DNA from: Bugula neritina
Taxonomy: Eukaryota; Animalia; Bryozoa
Direction: 5' to 3'
Length of the DNA: 17,696 bases
Assembly (NCBI GenBank): GCA_964035545.1
Contig: CAXIUT010000026.1
Location: 1 to 17,696 of the forward strand
Both the position numbers and the translations under genes were made by a program. Of the stretch, positions 1-11,324 are shown in pieces. The notes beneath the pieces were generated by a model that made no database searches, had not been told where the DNA came from, and saw nothing but the letters and a program-made list of their open reading frames with translations. Numbering within the stretch: the first letter of the stretch is position 1; each line of letters begins with the position of its first letter.

Positions 1-87
1 CCCAACCCCAACCCCAACCCCAACCCCAACCCCAACCCCAACCCCAACCCCAACCCCAACCCCAACCCCAACCCCAACCCCAACCCC
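1..87 (+). repeat. Left telomere, (CCCCAA)n
   Basis: Uninterrupted CCCCAA hexamers from base 1 (starting CCCAA) to 87; the Tetrahymena-type C4A2 ciliate telomere repeat. Confidence 0.98.
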
Positions 88-147
88 TTAATAAAGTGTT
101 ATTATTAAATATGGTTATTTATAGCTACAAATTTGATATTTAGAAAA

Positions 148-1508
148 TCATGGAACCTGAATACGTTGCTTTGCCTTATCTGCTTCCACTAAAAAATCAA
201 TATCGAAATGTCCTTCGTCAGCTTTACTCTTTGGCCACCTCATCAACAACAACTCCTCTTTTTTCATCAATAATCTCCCCTCTTTCTCATTCCTCAATAC
301 CAAAAATGGAAAACTTATCTTCCTACTTAAAACCTCTCTTTCTTCTATCTTCCTACTTAAAACCTCTCTTTCTTCTATCTTCCTACTTAAAACCTCTCTT
401 TCTTCTATCTTCCTACTTAAAACCTCTCTTTCTTCTATCTTCCTACTTAAAACCTCTCTTTCTTCTATCTCCTACATACTCTTCATTGTCTACTAGATAC
501 TGTTATGTCCCTCTCCATTCTCTGTTGATAGTCCCTTTTCTTTATTATTTACTGGTTATTGGCTTTCCTATTCCTTTCTTTTTTAGGCAATAGGCTTATG
601 GCTTGAAGATAACTTATTGAAAATATTTATTTTAATTTATAGGTTTTGAAGGAGTTATTTTTTAGCTAGAAGTTCTTTTCTCTTTTTAATAAGTTATTTA
701 GGCATTCTTCTATAGGTAGTTCCATCAAAACTCAAATGGTTATCTCTATCTCCAACTATTTTCCTTCCATCTTTTCTGAGTACTCCAAGAGCAATCAAAA
801 CATTCAAAGCATCATAAACTCTTCTTTTAATGTTTTGTTCGTCTTTTCCCTAAATATCAACAAAACTACTTATTGATCTAACTCTTGCTAGCTGTTTAAC
901 TAATCCACCAAACGGTTAGCTACCTACTTATAAGATGCTGACTTCATATTCAATACTATTTCATATGCTCTTTGAGATAACTTTCGAAGACCTTTTTCTT
1001 TAGGCCGAGATTTTTTAACTTATGGTCCAAAGACTCCCATCCTGCTAGAACTATTAGTGTTGTGCAAATGTTTCTCTACTACACTAAACCCTCCCTGGTT
1101 CTTGTCTCTGTTGTTGGTGCTATCCCTTTGAGGAGTTTTGAACAATTCATCTTCCTACTTTCGAGATGCAAAAACAGCGATTTCCTCTTAAGTGAGAGGC
1201 TTATTGCAGAAAAGGTGATTAAGTTCAAAATGATCGAAGGAAGGAGTGAATAGATAGGTGTTTCCTAGTGGTTGGCAGGGCTCTTCTTTTTTTAGAGGAT
1301 GTGATTTATGTTTTGGAGCCAAATAAAGTTTAGGTTATTTGATGAGTTTAGCTTATTCTTGTGTTTCTTGTTGCAGTAAAAAGTTAGGATGCGGATGATT
1401 AGAAGGGTTGGGTATGAGTACTTTGAGTTAAGTAGGTGAACTTTATGCCATCGTAACGAACTATAATAAAATCTATTTTGGCTCACTTTGGAGCCGTTGT
1501 GATCCCAT
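148..1508 (-). CDS. E2F/DP-family transcription factor (DP-like); one 20-nt intron (850-869); start uncertain (ATG 1508 or 1451)
   Basis: With TAR=Glu and the intron removed, it reads KGLRKLSQRAYEIVLNMKSASYKEVANRLVDEL...KDEQNIKRRVYDALNVLIALGVLRK, matching the DP winged-helix and DEF box (RRVYDALNVL). Later KISFPFLV resembles the DP C-terminal domain. TGA at 148-150. Confidence 0.88.
316..470 (-). repeat. 30-bp coding tandem repeat, ~5 copies, encoding (IEEREVLSRK)n in the DP-like gene
   Basis: Plus-strand unit TATCTTCCTACTTAAAACCTCTCTTTCTTC repeated perfectly and in frame. Confidence 0.95.
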
Positions 1509-1718
1509 TTCTATTAGCCAAACAATCACTACAGGTCACCACCATCCATCTTATCAGATAAATCAATCAATCTTAAGACTACTATCAATACCACAATTAT
1601 ATCAATAATATTTATTGCTAACTACCTCGTCTAATATCGAAATAGATAAAATCTATCTTTATATCATCTACTAGCTGATAGTATTGTCACTCAGATACTA
1701 TTAACAATTTAACAAATA

Positions 1719-3235
1719 ATGGAGATTCATACTCATGATTATGATAACTTTATGACTAAAGTTGTATCATAATTTATAGCTTATGGCAACAGTCTTCATA
1801 CAAATCGATAAACCATTCTATCTGGCAGGAGATACAGTCAACGGATGCGTCTTCCTCAACCTCTTTGACAACATGGCTGCCAGTGAAGTCCTCATCAAGT
1901 TTAAAGGATGGGAGTCAGTCAGATGGTTCGAATAAAGAATCGTCAACGAACAATAAAGACAAAATATCGCATCCAATCTCATCTTCCAAAACGTATCTTT
2001 CCCTCACTCAGATGTTCAAAATCAGAATGGATAGTTCAGACTCAGAAGATAGGCCAGGAGATGATTAAGGCTCTAAGTACTTTTATATCTATCTAGGTAT
2101 CAATACGTTATGGACAATGGTCTTCTTAAATAAATTACCAGATACTCAGGATAAAAAAAGATAGCTCGTTTCGACAACGTCCTTTACAACTTTGGAGGAA
2201 ACTTTATCCCTGCAGGCCAGTATTCTTTTCCCTTTTCTTTTAAAACTGGATAAAGTTTTCCAGCTTCCTTCATTGTATTTCCTTCTAACTCAGGATAAAT
2301 CTTCAGACGGAAGCAGAAGAGGTCGCATCAAATACGAAATGCAGGCTTTCGTTCGAGGTTTCAGTGACAGGCTCATTCTTCTCAGAACTAAACAAGAAAT
2401 AGTTATCAGATAGTCAGCTCCTATCAAGAATGATCAACAGCAAATGGAAGCTCATGTGACAAGTTGTTGTTGCATCGATCAAGGCACGACTCGCATCCAA
2501 TGCTATTTCTAAAAGAATGGATATGCTCCAGGAGAAGACGCCAAAATATATTGCAAATTAGATAACACTGAAGGAAAAAGCTAAGTAAATAGTGTAGATG
2601 TATCTCTTCTCAACTAAATCACATATTCTAGTTCATAGGGAAGAAAAAAAGTATTTTCCCATAACGTTTTCAAAAAATCTTTTTCAGGACTCGGAGTAGG
2701 ACAGCAAGGATAAAGATAAAATGTCGTTAAAATTCTAAACACTTCAGGAAATACTGGACCATAGAACATTAAACCTACAGCTAGAGGAACTCAGCTCCAC
2801 TCAGTTTATTTTCTAGTAGTTTAAGCTAGTCTTTCTGCCCCATGTACATGCTGTTCTGACTTACCAATCGTTAAGCAACCAGTTCTGATATTTCCTTTTA
2901 TTCCAGTTAACTATAACTGGAGTCCTCCTCCGAATTGGAGTCCCAAAGTAATGCCTCCCATGAACTTCCAAATGGGTCTGGGATCTCTAGGAGTAAATCC
3001 AATGAATGTTAACATGAACGTTAATATGGGAGTGCAGCCTAATCCGATGAACAATCAGATGAATCCTCTGAATGTGTCTCCAACGGTTGAGATGTCATCG
3101 AAAAACGTTCCTCCAACTACTCATATGCACGGAAATGGCTATGGTAATACCCAAATGAATGTTAATGTAGGAGGAATGGGAATATCAGTCTAAGCCAATT
3201 TAAACTAAGACAATTCCAACATGCGTCCTTTCTGA
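1719..3235 (+). CDS. Arrestin-fold protein (arrestin N and C domains, alpha-arrestin-like); introns 1761-1779 (less certain; alternative start 1783), 1993-2011, 2077-2096, 2275-2293
   Basis: Spliced translation gives VFIQIDKPFYLAGDTVNGCVFLNL...LIKFKGWESVRW, IPAGQYSFPFSFKTGESFPASF...GRIKYEMQAFV and CCCIDQGTTRIQCYFEKNGYAPGEDAKIYCKLDN. Spliced length is 1440 nt, ending TGA at 3233-3235. Confidence 0.85.
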
Positions 3236-3588
3236 TCATTCACATTTCATAAGAATAATATCTATTTATAGAATCATCTTTTAATACCAATCTATTTCAT
3301 CAACCTTTAAAACACTTTTTATTCAATAACTATCGACATGCAAGGTCACCTTCATCACGACTGTCATATTTCTTGACTTATTCCTTTTAAAAAGATTTCG
3401 AGTAAAAAAATTGACCTTTTCTGTCTGATTATATCCTTTTCAATATTTAACTAAACTAACTTTAAACACAATACAAAGATACATATATAATCTAGATTAC
3501 TGATTTTATTTTGATAGTTATTATTTAATTCTATATGAATTAGCAGCGTTCTTAATTAGCATATTTTATTTATTTACTTGCCTTAAAA

Positions 3589-5925
3589 ATGGGACAGTCC
3601 ATGAGCTCTCCCAGCTAAACCAACACTCGCGACCAAAATTCTAGACTCCTTACCAGATCTCTACAACGTTCTTCCAAAAAATCAACCTATCAAGATAAAA
3701 AAAGTCGCTTCAGTTCCAGCAAAATACAAAATAATTCCAGAAATTCACTCAACTAAGCTCCATAAAACACCTTAAACAATGCTATTGGCAATGGAGAACT
3801 ATTTTTAATGAGCAGACACGAAGAAGCTACGAATAGTATCCGAGAATTAAATCAATTAAAAGGTCAGAAGTAGACTTTAGGGATACAGGGAGAGCTTAAA
3901 TCTCCTAATTTTAAGTCAGTAAATGAGCCACAAGCGTAGTATGGGCTAAACTTATGGACTGCGGTAAATAATAGTAAAGATATTTCACATAATTAGACTC
4001 ACAATCAAGACGTAACTATAAGTTTCAGCAAGGCCAAAAATACTAACAACAATATCTTTCACTAAGAACAATCAGAAAGAAAGTCAACTCTAAAACAAAT
4101 CCTTGAAGAATAAAATTAGTACCAGGTAAATTTAAAAGATTAAAAAACCTATCTCGACAAAGAAATAGATCACATCATATCCTTGAAATCAATTTATTCA
4201 TAAAGCTATAATACGCCCGGACAAAGCACTTAAAATACCCCAAAAAAGAACAAAGAAAGCTCAAAAAAACTAAAAATAAATAAATAAAGCTAAATAAAAA
4301 TAGAAAATAAAAATATTAATAAGAAATAACCATCAAAAATATCAAATAAAAGTAATATCAATCACGTAAATAAGAAAAGTATCAATAATATAAGTAATAT
4401 CAATAATATTAATCATAAAAGTAATATCAATAATATCAATAATGTAAATAATATGAAGAGTATCAATAATGTAAATAATATGAAGAGTATCAATAATGTA
4501 AATAATATGAATGATAACAATGATAACAATGATAACAATGATAACAATGATAGCAGTGATGGCAGTGAGTAAATAAAAGAAGATATATTATAGATTAAAT
4601 AAGAAATAAATGTGTAATAGAAAATGACTCCATGTTTTAATGATTATGATACTGATTTTCAAAAACAGAATAATAATACTAAAGATATCCCTAAACTATC
4701 AAATAAAATGCAAGAGCTTAAACAGAAAATTGCTAGTAGAGCATCACTACTTAAATAAAAAGGAAATATCAGTAAATACTCTTTAAGAGACCTTTCCACC
4801 AGCTTCAGAAAACTACAAAACAGTCTATCTCTATAAAAAAGTATCAACAGTAAAAACAATACCAGACTACAAAAAATAAAATAAAAACTATCAAGGACAC
4901 ATCTAGCTGACGGAAAAACTACCACTTCAGGTCTTAGATTGTATAAAGAACTCAAAAACTAAAATAATCATTTTAAAAATGGAATCACTCTAAAACATAA
5001 TCAATAATAACATAAAAAAGACAAGTTAATATCAAATAAAGCTAAATAAGATCAGTTAATATCAAATAAAACTAAATAAGACCAATTAATATAAAATAAA
5101 ACTGGAAAAGATCAAATAGAGTCAAATAAAACTAGAAAAGACCAATTAATGTCAAATAAAGCTAAAGAACTAACTGATAATTAATTGAAAAATAAATATA
5201 GTAAAAATGTAGATTCTCTATTTAAATAAAAAAAATAACATAAAGTCAAAGATATTACACCTGTTACATTGTTAAAAAAGACTAAATTTCAATAAGATAA
5301 AATAAAAAATAAAATATCATCTACCTAACACAATGATAAAGATATTATATCTTTTACAGAAATGGTCAAAAAAGAACACTTCAACAATAAAAAAAAGAAA
5401 AAATAAGGATCTACGATAGACTACATCCTCTAGTTCAGTCAAGTTGTAGAAGCATAAGCTTCTCCTCATAGTTAGACTCTCTTTGCCAGTACAAAGCTCA
5501 ACCAACTTTCAGGAAAATAATATGAACTTGAAGAACCTGAAAATAAAAAATCAAGTCATAAAAAATAATCTTTTGATAAAAAAAAAGACAAACAAATCAA
5601 ACATCTCAGAAAAATAGCATAATAACTTAATAGAAGATAAAATAAGCCCAAAAAACCAAAGTAGAATATGAGCAATGAGACTTATGAAGCATCGATTCGA
5701 AATAAAACAATGCAAGATAAATCATTGTAGCACTAGCAACAAGCAATAAACAGAACAACTGCCAATTACCAAGAGGCTATAGGACATTTCGAATAGTATA
5801 TGCTTGTTGAGGCTCTTGGAAAGCCTAAAGAAACAACAGCTAAGAGTAGGCCAGAGAAAAGAAAGTCCAAAAGTCTAGAACGTCCCGCCATAACTGGTGT
5901 CAAAAATAGACTTCTTATCTTCTGA
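3589..5925 (+). CDS. Hypothetical 778-aa Asn/Lys/Ser-rich low-complexity protein with N-myristoylation-type start (MGQSMS)
   Basis: A single 2337-nt frame from ATG 3589 to TGA 5923-5925 with no internal TGA under TAR=Glu. Internal repeats keep the frame. No recognisable domain. Confidence 0.8.
4351..4560 (+). repeat. Asn-rich coding repeats (27-bp KSINNVNNM units, 9-bp AATGATAAC units)
   Basis: AAGAGTATCAATAATGTAAATAATATG is repeated, followed by (AATGATAAC)x4, all in frame. Confidence 0.8.
5020..5170 (+). repeat. Degenerate 30-bp coding repeat, ~5 copies (DQLISNKxKE-like)
   Basis: GAC/GAT CAA/CAG TTA ATA TCA AAT AAA ... recurs at 30-bp period, in frame. Confidence 0.75.
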
Positions 5926-6040
5926 TTGTACTTAGTTTTCTTATTATCTTTTGATTGACAATAATTATTGATTATCTTCTAAATACTGTTTTAGTTTATC
6001 GAATCAAAGTGATATTATGTAAATGCAAGTAGAATATCAA

Positions 6041-6908
6041 TCAATTAGATTTGTGGTGTCCAACTTCGTCGCAAAGAATAAGCGAACAGATAAGTGGGTG
6101 AGTTTTAGAGGGCAAATAGTTGTCTGAAGTCAAAATAGTCAAAGTAGGATTTCTTTGTTCTCTTTCATCAACGTTTTCTACCATGATTTCTTCTTCTATC
6201 GAAAGCTACTCCAGCTCATCGCTATCTTCTTTCTTCATCTTGTTCCTACGAATCTTCTGAACAACCTTTTTGACATCTTACTTGGATCCAAGTTTTCCAA
6301 ATCTTGAGTCTATCTTCATTCCTTTGATGATTTCCTTCACCTCATGCTCAGAAGATACTATTTCTGGTAGACTGGCTATAAAATCTTCCAGTAGTTGGGT
6401 CTTGACAGGATCATCTTCAGGTTTAGAAATAGAAATTTGTGACTCTTTTTCGATAGCAGAAAGAGTGGGATGGTACTAGTGTTTATCTTCTATTTATTCC
6501 TATTGATCATATGGTGTTTAGGGATCATAACTTGGATCTTAGACTGTGTCCATAGATTTTTTATTGGAACATCCCTTGCGTTTGATATTCCTTAGAAGGT
6601 GTCTGAGTGGTTGAAAAAGTACTTTGCATCTCTACGAAACTCTCTGTGTTCAAAGATGTTCTTGTTCTGTTCGTTTCGAATTTTGTGGAAATCATACATG
6701 TTGAGCTGTCTCACAAAAGAACTAAAGTTTCGATGTCTAAAGTAGATAGGAAGAGTCTCCTGTTCAAATCTATCCACGTCCAGGATTGTAAAGTTGGTTC
6801 CCTCCTAGTTCCATCCAGCGATATCTGAGTAGCAATCGTTCTAAATGACAGAAAATGTACCTCAAGGATTTCAAAGGTTTTGGAGATGAAGATAGAAGGA
6901 CCTACCAT
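6041..6908 (-). CDS. HSF: Heat-shock-factor-type DNA-binding protein; 20-nt introns at 6841-6860 and 6603-6622; start may be further upstream (e.g. ATG 6998)
   Basis: Spliced translation PSIFISKTFEILENDCYSDIAGWNEEGTNFTILDVDRFEQETLPIYFRHRNFSSFVRQLNMYDFHK...FEHREFRRDAKHLLRNIKRK is a complete HSF DNA-binding domain. TGA at 6041-6043. Confidence 0.92.
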
Positions 6909-7321
6909 CTTCTCTCTACGCCAGCGGCCTCGACGCAAGTCCTACTTCCATTCCGGGAGACATGGTCGACTGATCACTTTTTTCTATTCCTCACACATTT
7001 CTAAAGCTTCGATTTATATATATTTAAATCTCTCACAAATATCATTTAATTTCTATCTTTGTCTCGACCCGTCCACACAGCTAATACCCAAAATAAACTC
7101 TTTCCACAGCTAGGACCTGTTCCTTGACTCCAATTTCGATTACAATTTTTCAAAAATAAAGGAAAACATCCGAATACCACTGTTCTTGAATATATTTATT
7201 AGATAAAATGGTTTTGATTCCAACTAAATCATTATCTTTAACTACAAAATGTCATTGTTGACATATTAGTCATTGTCGAATATTTAGAGTCATTTGATAT
7301 TTAAAGAGGTATTACTATAAA

Positions 7322-7416
7322 AAGAGGTAAATTAAGTATCAAGAGGTAAATTAAGTATCAAGAGGTAAATTAAGTATCAAGAGGTAAATTAAGTATCAAG
7401 AGGTAAATTAAGTATC
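7322..7416. repeat. Intergenic 19-bp perfect tandem repeat x5 (AAGAGGTAAATTAAGTATC)
   Basis: Five identical adjacent copies starting at 7322, 7341, 7360, 7379 and 7398, with no spacers. Confidence 0.95.
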
Positions 7417-7490
7417 AAAGTGAAATATTTTTCCATTAAGCTATCTATCTATAAAAGAATTAGTAGTATAATTATGTAAATCATGCAGGT

Positions 7491-8222
7491 TCAGTTCAGA
7501 AGAGCTTATAAACAGTTATTCTCTTCCATCTATAACAACTACAACGGATCAATAAAATATGACCTCGGCAGTGTTACATCTTCAACCTAGTTCACTGTCT
7601 CTCTCTAACTCTACACCTCTTTTGTCCTCTCAATCTGGCCTGTCTGTAGTTTATTCCAACTAAACAACTCAGAATTGCATTATACTCCGTTAGCTCTCAT
7701 ATCGAGAACCACCAAATCAGCATCTCCTGATCCATAGTGATTTATTCTTAACTCCTTAAGAATCTTTGAAAAACAACCATGTTTTTTCTACATTTTTTGA
7801 TGATGACTTCTACACTGTTCTGCCTCTCTTGTAGCCACAAACTTCTACATTGTCTTAAATATCTTATCCATCCTCCTTAACTGCTTATTAAAAAAGTGTT
7901 AAGCGTAAATTTACAAAAACCAATGATATCTTTTATTTTCCTCCAAAGTCCAGTGACCTCTTTGCACTCCTTCTCCAAGGGTTTTAGGTAAATCTCTCCT
8001 TTTCCTTTGCTTTTTATCTGAACTACTTGAGAGAGAAAGGCTTTTAGCTGGGGGACTTAAAGGTTAACAGGTTGCATGACTCAAAGGGTTGATTTAATCT
8101 TATTGACCTAATTCTGGAAGAATATCTTCAAAGGAAGGTTTTCTATATCTCTAAGGTTAAAGAAAGATAGGAAGGGAAGAAAGTGATTCCATTGCAAGAC
8201 AGTCATCGTCTATGTAAATCAT
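7491..8222 (-). CDS. Myb/SANT-like (SHAQKY-class, SHHQK variant) transcription factor, no intron needed
   Basis: Reads GHWTLEENKRYHWFLEIY...IFKTMEKFVATREAEQCRSHHQKMEK. ATG at 8222 (alternative 8192), TGA at 7491-7493. Confidence 0.85.
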
Positions 8223-8550
8223 GCTATTAAACTTAATTTGCAAAAGCTAAATAGTGATGAGTATTAGTAGAGAGTAAAGGGAATAAATTCCGACCGGGAA
8301 TATCTCAATTTATCTTCATAATCAATTAATCAGACACTTATTTGTCAATACAATTTGATGATTTCAAAAATAGTTTTAGGTATTCTGATAAAACTATTTA
8401 TTATATACCTGTGAATATTATTCAAGGTATTTTAATCAAAATAACATCGTTTCTCAACTCAATGCTTTAAAATGAATGAGATTTTATCTACTAAGTTAGT
8501 TATTTTAAGATAATAAATTTTAAATATAGAGGAGTTATTGCTTGGATTTA

Positions 8551-9552
8551 TCACAATATAAGAATGCAACTTGGAGTCTTTAAACCTAGTTCAGTCTATA
8601 ATAAGACTTTCTCACTTGTTATCCTGTACTTCTCCACATTATCACTCTTCTGACCACCCACATACAAATATCCCCCAGCACTCACAGCAAAATGACGAGG
8701 ACAACTCCCCACCTTAAATGAACAGTTTAACTACAACTTGTCCTCTTCTTTCACATCAAATATCATGATCTTGTCGTCACCTCGAAGACCTATATAAACC
8801 CGATCCTGCATATAAGCCACCTCTGAAGGAAAATTTGATTCGTTAGAAGATATCTTGTAAGCTGTTATATGTTCGAGATTTCCTGATCGATAGCTAAAAA
8901 CTCTCAAAGTGTTGTCAAGTTAACAACTGACATAGAGAAGCTTGCTTCCAGGTTTTCCTTTACAGATAGTTCTTGGTCCTGAACCTTCCATCTTAATCGA
9001 CTTTTATTTGCTGAACTCAACCTTTTAAGGAGTCATCTCATAATAGTAGAGGATATCTGTCCCCAAGTCAGCTATGAAAAGGACTTGACCATCTTCAGAA
9101 AAGACTGAACTATGAGGATGAGGACTAGTTTGCCTATCAGCATTGACACTATTGCCCTAGTGTTTGATAAGAGAATGAACAGAAGTGGGCAGATGGTTTT
9201 CTAGTCTGCAAATAAGAACAGAAGCACTTGAGTAATTAGTAACCACAATGTATTTTCCAGAGTTGTCAATAGTGATATGACAAGGATCATCACCCATTGT
9301 AGATATTCTGGAAACAACTTAAAACTTTTAGTTTAGTGTCGACAAAACTCCTTTTTCATGTTCAGCAACGACATAGTAAAATCCATCATGCTTAGCTACG
9401 TATGAAGGATTAATATCAGTGAGAACAGCCGTTGCTGTTTTTTCAAGAGCATTGAAAAAAAATAAAGAAGGAGCCTATTTACCCTCAGAGTAACAACCAA
9501 TGAGGAGATTATTAGTCTCTGATTTCTCAAGTTCTTTTCCTGAACTCTCCAT
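8551..9552 (-). CDS. pgl: Lactonase, 7-bladed beta-propeller (6-phosphogluconolactonase Pgl/YbhE, cycloisomerase-2 family), 333 aa, intronless
   Basis: Family motifs LIGCYS, NPSYV, GDDPCHITID...VTNYSS, RQTSPHPHS, ADLGTD, GSGPR, YVSCELDNT, RGDD, PRHF and C-terminal PSCIL. A 1002-nt frame from ATG to TGA. Confidence 0.88.
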
Positions 9553-9692
9553 CCCTTGTCTGCAATAAATGTTGATTTAAATTATAACAAACCATCAATG
9601 GTAATCAATAATAGTCAATCCAATAGTCAATTTATTATTTAGGAATAATCAGTCCATAGTCAATCAAATATAGAATAATAGTCAATTAAACA

Positions 9693-11182
9693 TCAGTTTT
9701 ATGTGGGTTCATGCAGACCAACTCTCTCTTCTTATACTCGCTTCATGGTCGGTTGTCCCTTCAATTTTTAGACTAATTAACTTCGAGACTGACCTTTGGA
9801 CTCGACCATAAACATGTACATATAGATCAGACTTAAGAGAGAACAAACTCCATAGAAGAGAAATACCTTTCCTATTCCAAATGTTTTAATCATGATCTAG
9901 GAACATAAAGAGACCAGAATAGTCATAACCCAGTTGACATTTTGAGTAAATGATATATTTTCCATAATTTAAGCAATATAGAGGAAAGTAATAGGTCCCA
10001 GAGAAAGACTGAACCCGATGATATGCAAAAATATGAGTCCGATAACTATTTTTTAGCTATGAAAGATGAGAGAGTCAGAAAGATAGGCCAAGATAAGACT
10101 AGAAGACATGACAGAAGCTCCAAAAAGCATGAGACTCCTCCTTCCATAAATATTAATCATAAAGCCACTGATAAAGGTTATTACTACTTGCAAAAGACCT
10201 AAATAGTATGTATTAATTAGAGCTTGTTCCTCATCAACAATATGCTAAAATATTTGTTTCGCATAGAATATGATAGCATTGATTCCAGACAACTGATTAG
10301 CAACCGCCAACACTAGACCCATTTTGACCACATCTTTAGAAGCTCGAGAAGTCAACATGTCCAAATACATCCATAATCCTTCCTTCTACTCACTCACAAA
10401 TAATACCATTTATTCATTTTTACGATTCTCAAAAGAAGAACAAGAAAACTGTCTTATCTTAACTAACTCGTCCACAGAACCATCTTCATAAAAGAGTTCC
10501 ACATACTACTCGAGATAAGTGTTTTCTTTGTGTTTATAGTGTTTTTATAGAGCATCGAATCTACTTAGAAGTAAAATACTTAAAAAAGAGAAGACAAATG
10601 GTTCTCATCAGGCAGAAAAAAGCCGGAAACAAGATGTACTGCGTCCAAGTAAAAGAAGCAATCATGCTGAATCGGTAATTAGTTACCCAAGTCGGTAGGC
10701 AACAGATATTCCAATGGTGATCATAAGTTGGTTAAAAGATCCCAAAAAGCCAGTCATTTCTGGAGGAGAAATAGAAACCAAGTAGGCTGGAATAACTGTT
10801 CCATTGGTTCCCAGATAAATACCCAGTAAAAATCGAGTTATGTAGAGAGTCATGAGGTCAATATTACATGCTTGAAAGCTAATGATGAGGATAGCTATTA
10901 AGTCTAAGAAGATCATAGCCTTTCGTTCGCCAGTAGCATTGGTGAGAGGCTGAATAAGAAAAGAACCTACATGTTTGATGGCTTACCAAGAAAGGCTCCA
11001 ATAGGAAGAAGTGTGGTTATGATGGATAGTTGGTAGTCTTTTTCGTCAGCAGTTAGAGAATTAGACTTAGATATGACTTCTGACATCATTGACATAGCTA
11101 CCAACGAATAGCCAAAGACAAAAGATCCAAAAGCCACGAAAGCTGATACTATGATTAGGATGTGCTTATTTCGAACTATCAT
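9693..11182 (-). CDS. MFS sugar porter (GLUT-like); introns 10967-10986, 10667-10686, 10561-10579
   Basis: Motifs AFGSFVFGY, RFLLGIYLG...PAYLVSISPP..GFLGSFNQLMITIGI, NQLSGINAIIFYA, GRRSLML, GPITFLYIAEI and VESKG. Spliced length is 1431 nt. Confidence 0.9.
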
Positions 11183-11324
11183 TTAATATAAACGTGTTAA
11201 TCAAACAAAAAATACTATCTTAATCCTGAAATCTCTTTAAAAGAACTAAAATTCTTAAAGACAATTATTCGAAGGAAACAATCAGACTAGATTCATCGAT
11301 ACTTATTCGACACAGATAAAGTAA

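Noticed and set aside
88-147. Chromosome-breakage motif in subtelomeres (also 12206-12266 and 17499-17587)
   Set aside because: Only AT-rich words such as TTATTAT/ATAATAAC are shared; three ends are too few to support a motif.
150-593. Track ORFs such as 150-593 (+), 4659-4955 (-), 12733-12924 (+) and 15279-15584 (+)
   Set aside because: Antisense shadows of real genes or repeats on the opposite strand; the track used a code in which TAA and TAG are stops.
7322-7416. CRISPR array
   Set aside because: Repeats are directly adjacent with no spacers, the context is eukaryotic, and there are no cas genes.
10386-10406. Possible 21-nt intron GTATTATTTGTGAGTGAGTAG in the sugar porter
   Set aside because: In frame and stop-free under this code, so it cannot be called without RNA data.
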